Assembly (NCBI RefSeq): GCF_009914755.1
Contig: NC_060941.1
Length of the DNA stretch: 64,000 bases
Source of the DNA: the human T2T-CHM13v2.0 reference genome, Homo sapiens
Strand: one strand, 5' to 3'
Position numbers and translations under genes: made by a program. The first letter of the stretch is position 1. Every line of letters starts with the position of its first letter. The notes below the pieces were generated by a model, which was given only the letters and a program-made list of their open reading frames with translations, was not told where the DNA came from and searched no databases. Below are positions 1-23,481 of this stretch, in pieces.

Positions 1-3257
<3,257 letters not shown>

Positions 3258-3350
3258 TCAAGACTTGGCCCTGGTTCTGTCTGGGCTCTCTCTACAGCCC
3301 AGGACTGGGGGAAATCATGCCAGCACAGCCCCTCCCCACATCTTTCTCAC

Positions 3351-6300
3351 CTTGGCCTTCTCGAGCTGCGCTAATGCCTGGCGCTCTGCTTCCTTCCTTA
3401 AGGCTTCCCGGTCCTCCTCCAGAGATACATCAGAGTCTGATGGACGGCTGGTGTAGGACTCCGCTGAGCCCTGAAAATAGAGAGAGCCAGATCAGGGCCA
3501 TTGCTGCCCCTCCCAGCTCCTGGGCCTGGGAAGGCATGGAGGTGCCACCCATCATGGATGCCTCGAGCCCCAGCCAGCCCAGCATGACACCACAAGGGCT
3601 AAGACAAGGTGGTATTAGGTGGAAGGGACCAGGAGCTGAGATTTCTCAGGCCCCTGGGGAAAGTGTGGCCCTAGTGAGGGTGACAGCAGCAAGCAGGAGA
3701 TGAAGGCAGGCCCAAGGACAGCTGCTTGGGGCCCAGGGAGGGGTGGGAACCTGATAGGGGCACAAGGCAAGGGAGGAATGCCAGGGACGAGTCTCTACTC
3801 CCACTGCTCCTTCCCTCCCCTGCCCCCAGCACCCGCTGAGATAGACTCAGCTGAGGTCCAGTGGCATCCATTCCAGGGACTGCAGCCACCAGCTTCGGCC
3901 TGAGCTCTCTGCACTATCAGCCGTGGACGGCCTGCTCCGCAGGATGGGGCCACCACAGATTTTGCCAGCTTCTGTTCAAGGGTAGAGGGAGACAGACTCC
4001 TACCTCCCCTGCTCCTCTTAACTGGTACTGCCAGAATCAAACTTCACTACTTACAGCCCCAGTCCTCAGGCTCTCCTAGGACACAAGAGAACCCAAGAGT
4101 TCCAGGCTGGTACAGACCGAAGAGGCAAGTTAAGAGCAGGATATGGGACAGGGCTTTCCCTGAAATGAGGGCTGCTGGGTGCCAGACAGCTGGCTTTGAC
4201 CACAATGACCAACCCAGAGCACAAGGGACTCCTTTAGGGATGCACACATATGTGTAAGACACATGTTGCCCGTACAGACCTGGTAGTGGGAATGCACGTG
4301 CTTCTTCATGTGTGTGTGTGGATGTGCAAGTACAAGTGTGTGGAGGAGGGTGTGCTCTATAGTTGGCTGCATATGACTGTGTGTGTACAGCCACATGTGA
4401 GTGTACTGGGGGGGAGCTCCCAGACATCTGTGACCCTGAGGTTGGGGGACATGTGAGGGCAGGAGGCAAGAGGTGTGGATTTGTGTGACTATGCAGGGGT
4501 GGTGTTGGACAAGGCATAGGAGGTTATGTGGCAAAAGAGGAGGACTGCAGGGATGTAGGGGTTCTTTCCTGAGGGCAGAAAAGGGTCACTTGGCCAGGAA
4601 GGTCCATAAGTTTGGCATGGAGGGGACCTGGGAAAGACAGAAACAAAGTCCCACCTCTCCCCAGGGGCCTCAGGTCATTAGCTGGTGCAGCTGCCCATCT
4701 CTTTCCCAGACAAATAATGAAAATGGGAGACCCGCGGAGGAAGGGTTGGGGTGGAGCGGGGGTCACTAACAGAAGTGGGGAAAGAGGCATGAAGGAGAGA
4801 AGGAGAGAAAACCAGCGTAGCTCCCCCTCTCCCCCCTGATGGGAGCACGCAGAGTCAAAGAGCCAGGGAAACAGACAGGGAGACAGACTAGCAGAGAGGC
4901 ACTCACCGACCCCAACACACACGCGGGCATGCGCGTGCACACACACACTCACCAACCCCAACACAAATGCAGGCATACGCGCGCACACACTCACTGACCC
5001 CAACACACATGCAGGCACGCGCACGTGTACACATACACACACAGTTACATGCACACACACAGACACACATGCAGACGCACATGTGCGGGCAGACACACAC
5101 ACATATGCAGACACACAGGTGCACACAGACACACATGTAGGCATGCGCACACATACACACACATATGCAGACACATGTACGCGCATACACACGCACACAT
5201 CAGAAATGGCAGAAGACAGGAAACAGTGAGGAGGCATGGAGACACGCTGGAGTAAAGGCTGCCCTCCGTCAGCTTTCCTGAGAGGCTGTTCTACCCGCTG
5301 CCACCCCACTCCATCCCCAGCTCACCACCACCACGGTCCGGCTGGGCGCCTCCATCCCGGCACCCTCAGTGCCTGGCCCTGCTGGCCTAGGGGGTGGCCC
5401 AAACTGCCCGTTCCCTTGGGGGCTCGGGTTACAAGCAGAGTTGCTACATGTGCAGACTGCTAGGGTATATTTAGCTCAGAGATGTGGCAAGGACTGCCCC
5501 CCTCCACCACTCCCCACCACCTACCGGGGATCAGAGCTGGGGAGCTAAAAGGAGGAAGAATTGGAGGCTGGGGTCTGACTCCCTGGGTTGGCAAACACTG
5601 AAGGAGCCAAGGTCCTTTTCTGCCAAGAGGGGCAATAAAAGCACAGCGTCATTCTTCCCAGCCCTGGCCATGTCCTGCAACAGGAGGGATGAGGGGGTGA
5701 TTGAAGAAAGGACTTCCTGTCTGTTCCTATACTTAGAAAAGGCTAGAATGAAGCCTCCCCTTCCTGAACCTCCCAAGTCAGACTGAGGCTCACATGTGCC
5801 AAGTGCTGTAGAGACAGAAGAAACGGAAAGAAGGGCCTCACTCTAATTAGTGGTGGATCTGCCTGGCATCACCCTCGCTCCTGGCCCAAGGTGGAAGGGA
5901 GGGGCTCATCTCCAGAGGACCCCTCCTCTGTGCTGTCTTCTGCCCTCAAATGCCCTGCCCATTTCCTCTTCAATACACGCCTTTTCCTTGTCTAATCCCA
6001 AGCCCCTCTCGCCTTTTTTGGGTACCAGGCTTTGGTGAGATGCTAAGTAGTCATAGCAACCACATGCCTCTCTCAGTCCCTCACCCTGAGCCTAAGATGG
6101 CCCAGGGTTGACAGATGAGAGCAGCCGCTTACTGACTGAGCACAGAAGACCCCAGAAAGCTATTCTCAGTTACACCCTTTCAGGCAGGGGTGCTGGGCTA
6201 TCATCTTCTCTATTATAAAATCAACAGCCTCATGCCTCAACCACCCCCACCCCCGTCACCATCACCCTTTCTCTGTGCTTCTTAGACAGTCATGTCTCGA

Positions 6301-9300
6301 GGTGAGGAGCGTGTTTCCCTGGCCAGGACCTCACCAGGACTACAGGGACCCAAACATCCTTGCTCTGCTTTTCCTAGGACCTGCCTCCACCCAACCCTGT
6401 CACAGATTCTGGGGGAGGACATGGAAGCAGACAGCCGGCAGGGGGAGTGGGTGACAGCCCGAAGCAAGCTGGAGGGAGGCAGGCCAGGCTGTCCCTGAAT
6501 GAGATGACGCAGGCCAGCAGGCAGCAGGGGAGGGTGCCTGGTGCTGGGGGAGGGGCCGGGCAGGGGCGGGGGCTGAGCGAGTGGGTGCCGCTGACAGCAC
6601 ATCCAGAAGAGGTCATGGGGTGTCAGGGTGATGGGGTGGCTCCAGGCAGGTGACAAATGGCACAGGGAAGGGTGCCTGGACAATACCGCAGACCTGGCTC
6701 ACCAATGCTGGTCTCCACCAACCAGCCACCTCCCTCCTCTCCGCCCAGCCTCCCCATTACCTGGCGGACAAAGCTGTTGGATGTGGTATCCGAGGACGTG
6801 CTCCCATCTGACCGTTTGAATCGCCCTTTCCTCTTGCTGTATTTGCCCTGAAGAGGCCAGGAAAGGAACAAGAGTAGAATCAGAAGGGCCCTTTCCCAAC
6901 CCTCATCTTGCCAGCCCCAGAGCTACAGCCAAGCTTGGGAACAGCACTCCCAGCCCCACCTCCACCCCCCTGCACATTCCTCCTGAGGTGGTACGACCCA
7001 AGGGGAGGGAGGGTCTCCCATCCTCACGGAGAGGGCCCAGAGCACAGCCAGGAGTGGGGACCAGTGCAAGAGAGCCCCAGAAGACCCACACGGAAACCAC
7101 CAAACCAAGCCAGAGAGGCTGGGAAGGGGGGAGGCGCGGAGAAGCTGGAGGCTCATTAGGCAGCAGAGCTAATTAAGATGCTGGGCAGGCTGCAGAGGCC
7201 TCCGAGGAAGGGAGAGGCAGCCGGCAGTGCTGGGTGTTGGGTGGGGAGAGCGGGAAAGTCACCCCCACTCCCCCTCCGCAGGAGCAGAGCAGGGCTGTTT
7301 GTGTTGGTGGCCCCCAGAGAGGAGGAACTGCCAACCCAGGGCCCAGCCTGGCTTCTCCCCTGTGCCCAACTCTTCCCTTCGCTATTCACAGAGTAGGGAG
7401 GGGATGACAGCTCTCTTGGAGACTCAGAGCCAGATTTCTGGGGAGGGAGTAGGGGCATGGAACTGTATTTGGAGAGTAAACATCCAGCCTGATCCCTGGC
7501 ACCATGGGGGCAAATTTTGCTCCCCACTCTCATCCCTTGCCCAGACAGGACTTTTTCTCAGCTCCCTCTCTCACAATCACAGTAGCTACAATCCTCCCCA
7601 AGGGGGCAAGAGGGATCAAGCTTCTACCCTGTGGCCCCCAGCTGCCACTGCCCATGCCCCATGCCCATGGTACCCATCAGGCTACGTCAATCTAAATGTC
7701 CCTCGGCCCCGCACCACATGAGCCTAGGACACAGCCCCACAGATCTCTAGGGGGTAAGCTGGCTCAGTCTCAGAGACCGGGTGGAGGAAATACCGCCTGA
7801 CCATTCAGGAAGCCACACGTTCAGGTTAAGGGCGTCAGGTATTTCCAGTCCTCTTGTAAGAAGAGCTGCTTCTGGCCCTCCCCAGCTTGTACCCACACAC
7901 ACTTGGCCTCAGCCCAGTTCAGAATGGGGAGAGTGAGTGAGGGCTCAGACTTCCAAGTCCCCGCCCTTGGTCTCCATCCTAGACTTTCTTTGGCCAAAGA
8001 ACCTGGAGGGGCCATGACCAGACTGGGGGCTTTGGCTGCTGGGATCAGGGTACAAGAAAGAGGATGGAAAATGGGAGAGGAGGGCCCCTGGGGACCTTTC
8101 CAAGATCCTCCCCTCCCCGCCCTTCTCTCAAACCAGACATATACCCCAACTCAAGTTGTGATGCTCCCTACAAACCTAGGAGGATCACCCAGTGAATCCC
8201 AGACACCACCCTCCCCCACCACTGCCAGGCTGGGCAAAGGGAGTGGCACTCAGAGGGACAGGGGACAGCTGAAAGGAAGGCCCCAGTCAGCTGCCTCCCA
8301 GGCTCAAAGGGGCCTGGGGTGGAGGAAGGTATTTTTAGGTCTGACTTGACCCCTCTACATACCCATCAGTCACATTATCATGGTGGTTACAGCTGGTGGC
8401 CACAGTAACAGAAGAGTTAATGCTATCCTTGGAGAAGGACACTCCCAAAGAAATCCCCTGGCGCGACCATCCCAGAGCCTGCTGGTCACCCCATGAGAAC
8501 CCACCGCGCCCAAGAATGCCACTTCCTGGGAGTAACCAGGGGTGTAGGAAAAGTGTGCGGGTGGGGATGGAGAAGTAGACCCCTCCCCCAGGTAAAACAG
8601 CTTCCCCCCCTCCTATGAGTTGGCATCCATCCAACTTTCCAAACTTTGGAGGCGTTTTTGGGGCGGGGGTGGGGGTGGGGTAAGTCAACGTGGGTGTGGG
8701 GGGAGGGGAGCAGGTCCGACATAGAGATGGAGCCCAGGTGGCTGGGAGGGGACCTCGACCGGGGTTGGCTCTTTCCCCACCCTCGAGAACCAGTGTCTGC
8801 GGCTTTGAAGGCCTGTTGGCATTTGGCACCGCCCTCTGACCATCGCCTCGGCCACCTCCTCGTGCCACCCCCGCCCCACCCACACCCGCCTGGCGCCCCC
8901 GAGCGTGCTCTGCGTCGCCCCCCTTGCCTGGCTCGCTTTCTAGCCTCTTTCAACCTCCCCTTCTCAAGGCCCAGATCCCCCTCCACCAGCACCCCCACGC
9001 TCAGCCCACTGAAGCTGGTGCCCAAGCGGCAGGAACCTTGACGCGGGGGAGATAAGGAGGCGAGGGTGACAGGCAGCCCACCCGCCCCCTCCCCGCTCCG
9101 CAGCATCGCCACCCAGCCCCAGGCCCAGCGCCCATCAATCACAACCTGCAAGGATGGGGGGCGCGCAGGCATCCCTCTCTCCTCCGCGCCCGGCATATAA
9201 CCCCTTCCTCTCCCGCGCCTCTCGAGCCGACCTTAACACGGTCCGCGGGAGCGACCCCCTCCCGTTGGGCCGGGCCACCACGCCTCACCTGCGGGCTGGG

Positions 9301-9372
9301 GTCGAAGACCTCCATGGGGATCTCCTGGGAGGGTGGGTAAGGGCCCCGGGACATGCTGGTCTTCTGGACCAT
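3351..9372 (-). CDS. CACNB1: Voltage-gated calcium channel beta-1 subunit, coding exons 1-3; gene continues off the left edge
   Basis: Exon 1 9372-9289 [28 protein letters not shown]|gtgagg; exon 2 6847-6761 [29 protein letters not shown]|gtaatg; exon 3 3470-3351 [40 protein letters not shown]|gtgaga. All AG/GT, phase 0; recognised as the CaVbeta1 N-terminus. Confidence 0.98.
4900..5200. repeat. Degenerate (CA)n/(TG)n low-complexity tract
   Basis: About 300 bp of alternating cacacacatgcagacac-like sequence. Confidence 0.9.
5326..5355 (-). CDS. CACNB1: Putative alternative first coding exon of CACNB1 ([10 protein letters not shown])
   Basis: Minus strand gggATGGAGGCGCCCAGCCGGACCGTGGTGGTG|gtgagc: strong Kozak, consensus donor, phase 0 matching exon 3. 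Resembles the short rodent N-terminus MEVPSRTLVV as recalled. Confidence 0.65.
5420..5480 (-). promoter_or_regulatory. Candidate internal muscle-type promoter for the alternative CACNB1 exon
   Basis: CTAAATATAC (minus, 5474-5465), MEF2-like/TATA-like, about 110 nt upstream of the ATG; E-box CATGTG at 5447-5452. Confidence 0.4.
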
Positions 9373-9830
9373 GGAGAGGAGCCTCCCCTCCCGCCGCCGG
9401 CCCGGCCCAGCCGGGCTCCCTCAGCGCATGGGAGAGGCCGTGGGAGCCGAAAGCAGCGCGGCGCAGCCAGCACCCGGTCCAGCCACCCAGCTCGGCCTTC
9501 GGCTGCCTCCTTCCTGCCTTCCCTCGCTCCTCCCGCTCTCTCCACTGCCGCCGCCGCCTCCCCCGTAGGCTCAGCATCTCCCCGCGCCCCTCCCTCGCTC
9601 CCTCCCTCCGCCCGCCCGGCCCCGCCCCTCGCAGCCCCTCCGCCGGCTCGGCGCACACAATGGGCGTGCGGCAGCAGGGAGGCAAGCCCCTCTCGGCTCT
9701 AGGTGGCCGCAGGTGGGCCTCTGACTGGCCGTGGGGTGCAGGCGGCCCGCTGGGGCGGGAAGGCAGAAACTAGGCGTGGAACTTGGGGGAGGGGTGGGGG
9801 GGCGGTCTACCAGTGGATGCCGAGCGCTGA
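8850..9830 (-). promoter_or_regulatory. CACNB1 CpG-island promoter and exon 1
   Basis: Dense CpG and GC boxes (e.g. cccgcccc at about 9621-9628) around the exon 1 ATG. Confidence 0.85.
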
Positions 9831-11149
9831 TGGGGATTGGCATGGCTGGCACCACCCCCCTTTTGTCCCAAACCTCTCTTCCTGCGGGTCCCCCCAACCC
9901 ACTCCTGTTTGGACCACCGGAACTTCCCGGTCCCGGTGATCCTGGGACCTGGCTTTAACTCCTTTCTCCCCAGTGTGGGGCCCAGGCTGCCTCAAACCAA
10001 ACAGAAAAGCCTCTCCCTCCAACATGGCTCTGGGGCTGCCGGTGGGAGGCTGAGGCTGAGATGGGGAGGGTGTCCAATAGAGACAGCAAAATAAATCCCA
10101 GGGGTCCAGGAGTTCTGCCCTAATCAGTCACTAGGATACACCGCCCCCCCAACCCCTGTTCTTCCAAAAGGCCAGGAATGGGGCTGGGTGAGGTCCCTGC
10201 TCTTGGATGAGAAAAGAGGAAGAAATATGGAGCTGAGAGAGGAGAAGCTGGTAAAATCAGATCTCATGACCTTTGACCTAGAATTGCGCCACCTTTACCC
10301 CTGATTTAGGGAGAAACATCCAAGATCTGGATGCCACCCACCATGACTGGTGGAGAGAAGAGGAATAGGAGATTCTGGGCAATAGACTCTGGCGCCAATT
10401 TGGCTCAGGCTGTTTCTGGTTGTATAGCCCCGGACAAATCACCTCTCTGAGCATCAGTTTCCTCCTCTCCTATAAAATGGGGTTGCTGGTACTGTGGAGT
10501 CTGTGTCACCTGGTATTATTGGGAGGATGAGGGAGAATTAAATGAATTGCTGGGGTGTTTGGAGAAGCTGTAAGTTTCAATGAAGGGGTCACTCATGACA
10601 GGAGGACCCATTCCCTTCCTACTCCACCCCTTCTCCTGCTCCACAGAAAGGAGAGATGGAGAAGACCCTCTCCAGGTCAAGTGACCTTACAATAAGGCCA
10701 CCACCTTGCTGTGTTCCGCAGGACAGGAGACTATGGGACTCCTCCTCCTCACCCAACTCTAATAGCAAGTGAATGGTCAGTCTGTCATTCCTCTGATCAC
10801 AACACCTTGGGGAAGGCGGAGCAGTGAGTGAAGATGAAGCCCATTAGAAACGTTCCAGGAGAGTTCCAACCCTGAGCAGGGTTTCCACCTGCCCCTTGGA
10901 GACAAGAAAGGCTGGCATAACCGCAAAAGTATGGGCTTTGCAATCAGAAATATCTGTGTTCTGAATCTGTTACCTTAGCTGTAAAATGAGGGCAACGCTA
11001 ATCGTGTTGTTGTGAGGAAGTAGCATAAATGTTGCTTCCCTTTCTCTCTCTTCTACTTTCTCAGCCAGGAAAGTTGAGATGAAACGGATAGGGTGATCAG
11101 CAGGAACCAATCATGAGTTGGAGCCTCAATTCAGATGTAGACTTCTTAA

Positions 11150-11524
<375 letters not shown>

Positions 11525-12221
11525 TAATTTTACTTTCTGCAATCATTCATCCATTCAGCCAGTGCGGTATTTCTGAGGTGTGTTCGATCGCGGATCCATG
11601 CCTGCCGCAGTACAGTTGTGAGCCAAATGAGACTGAGACTAGTTCCCGCCCTCCAAGAGCTTGCAAGACCCGCAGTGGCGTAAAAACACTAACATCTTTT
11701 AGTGATCGATTCTGCACTCCAGGGGTTTTCAATCTACTACAAGAGTGAATAAGAGTTCGCCTTTGTCTGATATCTGTTGTCATTCTCTCTCGCTTCTTTA
11801 ACTGATTTTTTCTCAGCTAATAAAACATCCACCCACAACCCCCCGAACGCCCGCAAACACCAGGCCACTCTAGCAAAACCTCTCTCACTCCGCCTGCGCA
11901 ATCCAGCTGACTTCCGGTTACAGATAACCACGTGATTGGGAACCCTTGCTGCGCATGTCTAGTAGGAAGTCGGACTATACCACTTTCCCTACGGAAGGGG
12001 TACTTTTTTATGTTTTTAAGTTTAAAACCGATTTCTGATATTTGACTTTTATCATTTCAGGCCTATATGGAGGCTATGAGTGAGTTTAGTGTGGCAGAAG
12101 ATGAAAGAACCGGACAGGAATACGGACGAAATTGGAGCAGGGTTTGGGCTCTCCCCTTCGCAGATAATGGGAGGAGCCGGGCCCGAGCGAGCTCTTTCCT
12201 TTCGCTGCTGCGGCCGCAGCC

Positions 12222-16525
<4,304 letters not shown>

Positions 16526-16577
16526 AACCTCCCACTTTGTCTGTACATACTGGCCTCTGTGATTACATAGATCAGCC

Positions 16578-16588
16578 ATTAAAATAAA
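16578..16588 (+). terminator. RPL19 polyadenylation signal
   Basis: Overlapping ATTAAA/AATAAA about 55 nt after the stop, followed by a pyrimidine-rich downstream stretch. Confidence 0.85.
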
Positions 16589-16646
16589 ACAAGCCTTAAT
16601 CTGCCTTCCTCTCTGCTTCTTGCAAGGTTTACGGTTACTGAGTGAG

Positions 16647-19924
<3,278 letters not shown>

Positions 19925-20075
19925 TCAAGAGCATACAAGTGTCCCTATCATATAATTCCACACCCTTTCAAGGAGCTCGTGACCCACACCCTTACCACGT
20001 AAAGAATCCCTGAGCAAACCCAATGCTTGATTTTCTAGAGGAGGAAACAGAGACCCAGAGGAGCCAGTGACTCTT

Positions 20076-20969
20076 CTGCTGTGCTCAGCAGTGCGGCAAA
20101 CAGGCCGGGGGTGGGGGGGCTAGGCTGGCTACTGGCTGGTGGCAGACACAAGTGGGGTGTGCAGAACCTCAGTGCTGCACGAACACTGGCGCCTGACTCT
20201 GATTCCCAGGCTGCAGTCTCCCGACGTGGGAGGGTGTGATTCAGATTGGGGTGCAGCAGAGGCACTGAGCACAGCTGCTACTGCAGGGCTGTGAGCTGGA
20301 GAAGAGGGTACAGAGGGGCCTGGCCTCCTTCCAGTACTGCCTCTGAGGCTACGGCAGGGCTAACCTAGGCTGGCTTCCTGCAAAGCACAGGGAGGCTGAG
20401 GCTGCCTTCCTTGCACTCCTCAGCAGGTGCCCCCACCTGCCCAGGCATTGGGTGGACAGCGGGTAAGAATGGGGGTGAAGAAGGTTGAAGGGGCCAAAGG
20501 AAGCAGTGCTGGCAAAATGAGTAGGGTTGCACCGAGGGGCTCATTCTCTCTTCTCCCCACCTCCAGCATCCATCTCTCCAGACTCCCTCCTCTTTCTGCA
20601 TCTCCCTGAAGTCCAGGGAACCTTCATCCCACACAGTACAAGCCAGGTGAAGCTCAGCTTCTGTGTAGGGGGGCATGAAGGGCACATGTGGGTCAGAGAC
20701 AACAGAGCCAAATGGTGGGATTTGGGATCACCAGTAGCTTCCTAGGCACCCTTTGCCCCAGACCAGTAGTGTTGCTGGTCCGTCCACCCCCAGAGTGGGC
20801 ACAGAGGAGGGCAAAGGCTACAGTGGGGCACCAACTGTTCCCAGGCCCTAGGCTGTGAGCATGCTGCATGGGGTTCAGCCACCCAAAAAAGCTGCTGTGC
20901 TCAGCAGTGCGGCAAATAGGCTGGAGGGGGATGGGCGTCCAGGCCAGCTGCCGGCTGGTGGCAGACACA
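20076..20969. repeat. Diverged direct repeat pair (about 75-90 bp units)
   Basis: ctgctgtgctcagcagtgcggcaaa identical at 20076-20100 and 20892-20916; ggctggtggcagacaca at 20134-20150 and 20953-20969. Confidence 0.8.
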
Positions 20970-21599
20970 CAGCTGGGTGTGCATAAGGCGTGGCTGCAAG
21001 GCTCTCAGGCTCTTGATCCCTGGAGCCTCTGGCCCAGCGTCTCAGGGTGTCTCTGTCTCCATTTTGTTAGTTTAAGGCATTGAGGAAGCCAGGGCAGGGG
21101 AGGGAAAGAGCTGAAAGGAGAAGAAAAAGCCGCGGTTTCCAAGACTGGCTTGATCACTCATTTTGCTGTGTGACCCTGGACAAGTCATTAGCCCACTCCA
21201 GGCCTCAGTTTCCCCATGTATAAAGAGGGCAGTGTTGAGCTGGGTAATCTGTGTGACCTTAGATAAGCCACCTAACCTGGCTGTGCCTCAGTTCTTCCCT
21301 GTGAGAGGAGGACACCCCCACTCGCCTCACAGGATCCTGGAAAGGATTAAGTAACATCAAGTTCCTGGCACGGTTCCCTGGGCACAGTAGGTGCCTATTT
21401 ATGAGTTCCCTCTCTTTAAGCATTCACACTGGTCTTGTGACCCCTTCTTCCACTCCCAGGGCTGGGGATCCTAGGAGGGGGAGGGTCACCCTCCTTTCCC
21501 GGCTCTCTCGACCCCCAACCTCCAGGGCCTTCCTCAAGTCAAGGAGCCCAAAGAAAGCTCAAGGAGGGGACCCAAGGTCTGGGCCCACCTGGCCTACCT

Positions 21600-22200
21600 G
21601 GCTCAGGGGGCGGGGGCTGTAAACCGGAACCGGTGGAGGAGGGGGCGCTCATCAGGAAAGGCAGCCCCCACTCTGCATCCGGGCAGCGCCAGCAGTGCCC
21701 CAGCACCCCCGCAGCCCGCCTCTCCTTGGCGCCCCGCTCCCCTCCGCCTATAAATAGCACAGGACGTGCTCGCCGTGGCGATGACGCGGCTGGGCAGGCG
21801 GAGGGGAAGGAGGCAGCTCTGCCAGAGCGGTGGGCGGCGAGCGCGGCGGCGGGAGGGGTGCGGCCCCTCCATGCTGGGCTCCGATGACAGGGGCGACTGA
21901 GTCATCCCGGGGACCCACGGGCCACGACTGTCCCCGCCGCCAGCGTTTCTGTCTCCGGCTTGGGGGACTGCGGGGACGAGGCTGACCTCGGATGGGTACT
22001 GAGCCCTCCCAGACCCCCGGCACGCCCGGTCTCGGAGGGCACCTCTGGGTGGACAAGATCGGCCTCGACGGCCCTGGCGCGCAGGAGCATGTCCGCCCCT
22101 GCGCGACTCAGGTGCACATGGAGGCGGAAAGTGACCGCAGCCCCAAGCCGTTTCCCTCCAGCGTCCCCAGACCTCCTCCCACTTTCCTCAGGTCCCCTTT
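21600..22200. promoter_or_regulatory. Orphan CpG island between the RPL19 and STAC2 3' ends
   Basis: High CpG density; CTATAAATAG 21748-21757; TGACG 21782-21786; TGAGTCA 21898-21904. Confidence 0.7.
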
Positions 22201-22431
22201 TGGCTCTCCCCAGACCCCACCCTCCTCGGGCTGCTGGAGGAAAGGGATGAGGCCTGGGACCCCTGCCATGTTGCCGCCTGCCCAGCACCCCTCCTTTCAG
22301 AGACGGAGGAATTCTTCCACCCTCAGCCTTGCCCCTCTCAGCATCCCCAGACCCCACTCCCCACTTCCCTGCCCCTTTCCTTCCTCTGTCCCAGTGAGAG
22401 ACACAGAGCAGATGGGCTGGGACAAGAAACA

Positions 22432-22437
22432 TTTAAT
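22432..22437 (-). terminator. Likely STAC2 polyadenylation signal (ATTAAA)
   Basis: tttaat on plus, about 1.73 kb after the STAC2 stop; followed on minus by a TG/TC-rich element. Confidence 0.65.
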
Positions 22438-23154
22438 TAGGGGTCTGGGGAATCAGCAAGGCCCCAGACCCATCATGCAGCCTCATGTACAGTGGGCATT
22501 GGGCCCGCCCCTGGGATATTGCTGGGGGGGGGGGCCTCATGGCAGCAAACAGGGCAGTGTGGCTTGAGACCCCGCTTTGTGGGGGAGAAGTGGGGCAGGG
22601 GCCTTTGGGTACGAGGGTCTGTGTTTCTCCCACTGCATGGGAGGGTGTAACTGTGCCCAGGATGGGGGTGGCATGGGCTGGCACAATCAAGGGCATAAGA
22701 GGAGGATCTGAGCTTGGGGGAGGGAGGTTGGCACCGAGAAAAGCAGCTGTATTAAGAGAGGGGTCCTCTCTGTGTATGCCCACCCCACCCCATTTCCTGG
22801 TGGCCAAAACAGAACATTCCACCTTCCTTGTCTGTCTTCCACCCCCTCTTTTTCCCAGGGCTCTGTGTCCAGAACAAGGGAGCAGATAAAGCCAGCAAAG
22901 GGGCTCCTGCAGCACCTGCCCTGTCCCCTGCAGAGCCTGGAGAGAAGCAGGAGAAAGGTCAGCCCAGAGGGTTGGGTTCCTGGGGCGGCCGGGCAAAGCC
23001 TGGGACAGGAACTGACAGTCACAGGCTCCCCTGGCGGGTGGTTCCTGTGTGACCGGGGGTCCTGACAGTGAAATGGGTTTGCTTTGACCAAGCACGGGCC
23101 AGGATTTTGTTCTCAGTTGGGTTTCCGTGTGTCCAGGCAGCTCTTGGGTTTCCT

Positions 23155-23481
<327 letters not shown>

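Noticed and set aside
3915-3932. REST/RE1-like tcagccgtggacggcc in CACNB1 intron 2
   Set aside because: Half-site spacing is two bases short of the canonical RE1.
4524-5309. 261-aa Cys/Val-rich ORF
   Set aside because: Product of the (TG)n low-complexity tract, with a GTG start.
8660-8680. G-quadruplex motif (also 44607-44634)
   Set aside because: Common in GC-rich human DNA; nothing specific supports function.
8335-9773. Long overlapping ORFs at the CACNB1 island (likewise 36500-37900 and 21500-23200)
   Set aside because: Stop-poor GC-rich sequence; only the spliced exons are supported.
21621-21634. aaaccggaaccggt as a CP2 binding site
   Set aside because: CCGG half-sites are 2 bp apart rather than the expected 6.
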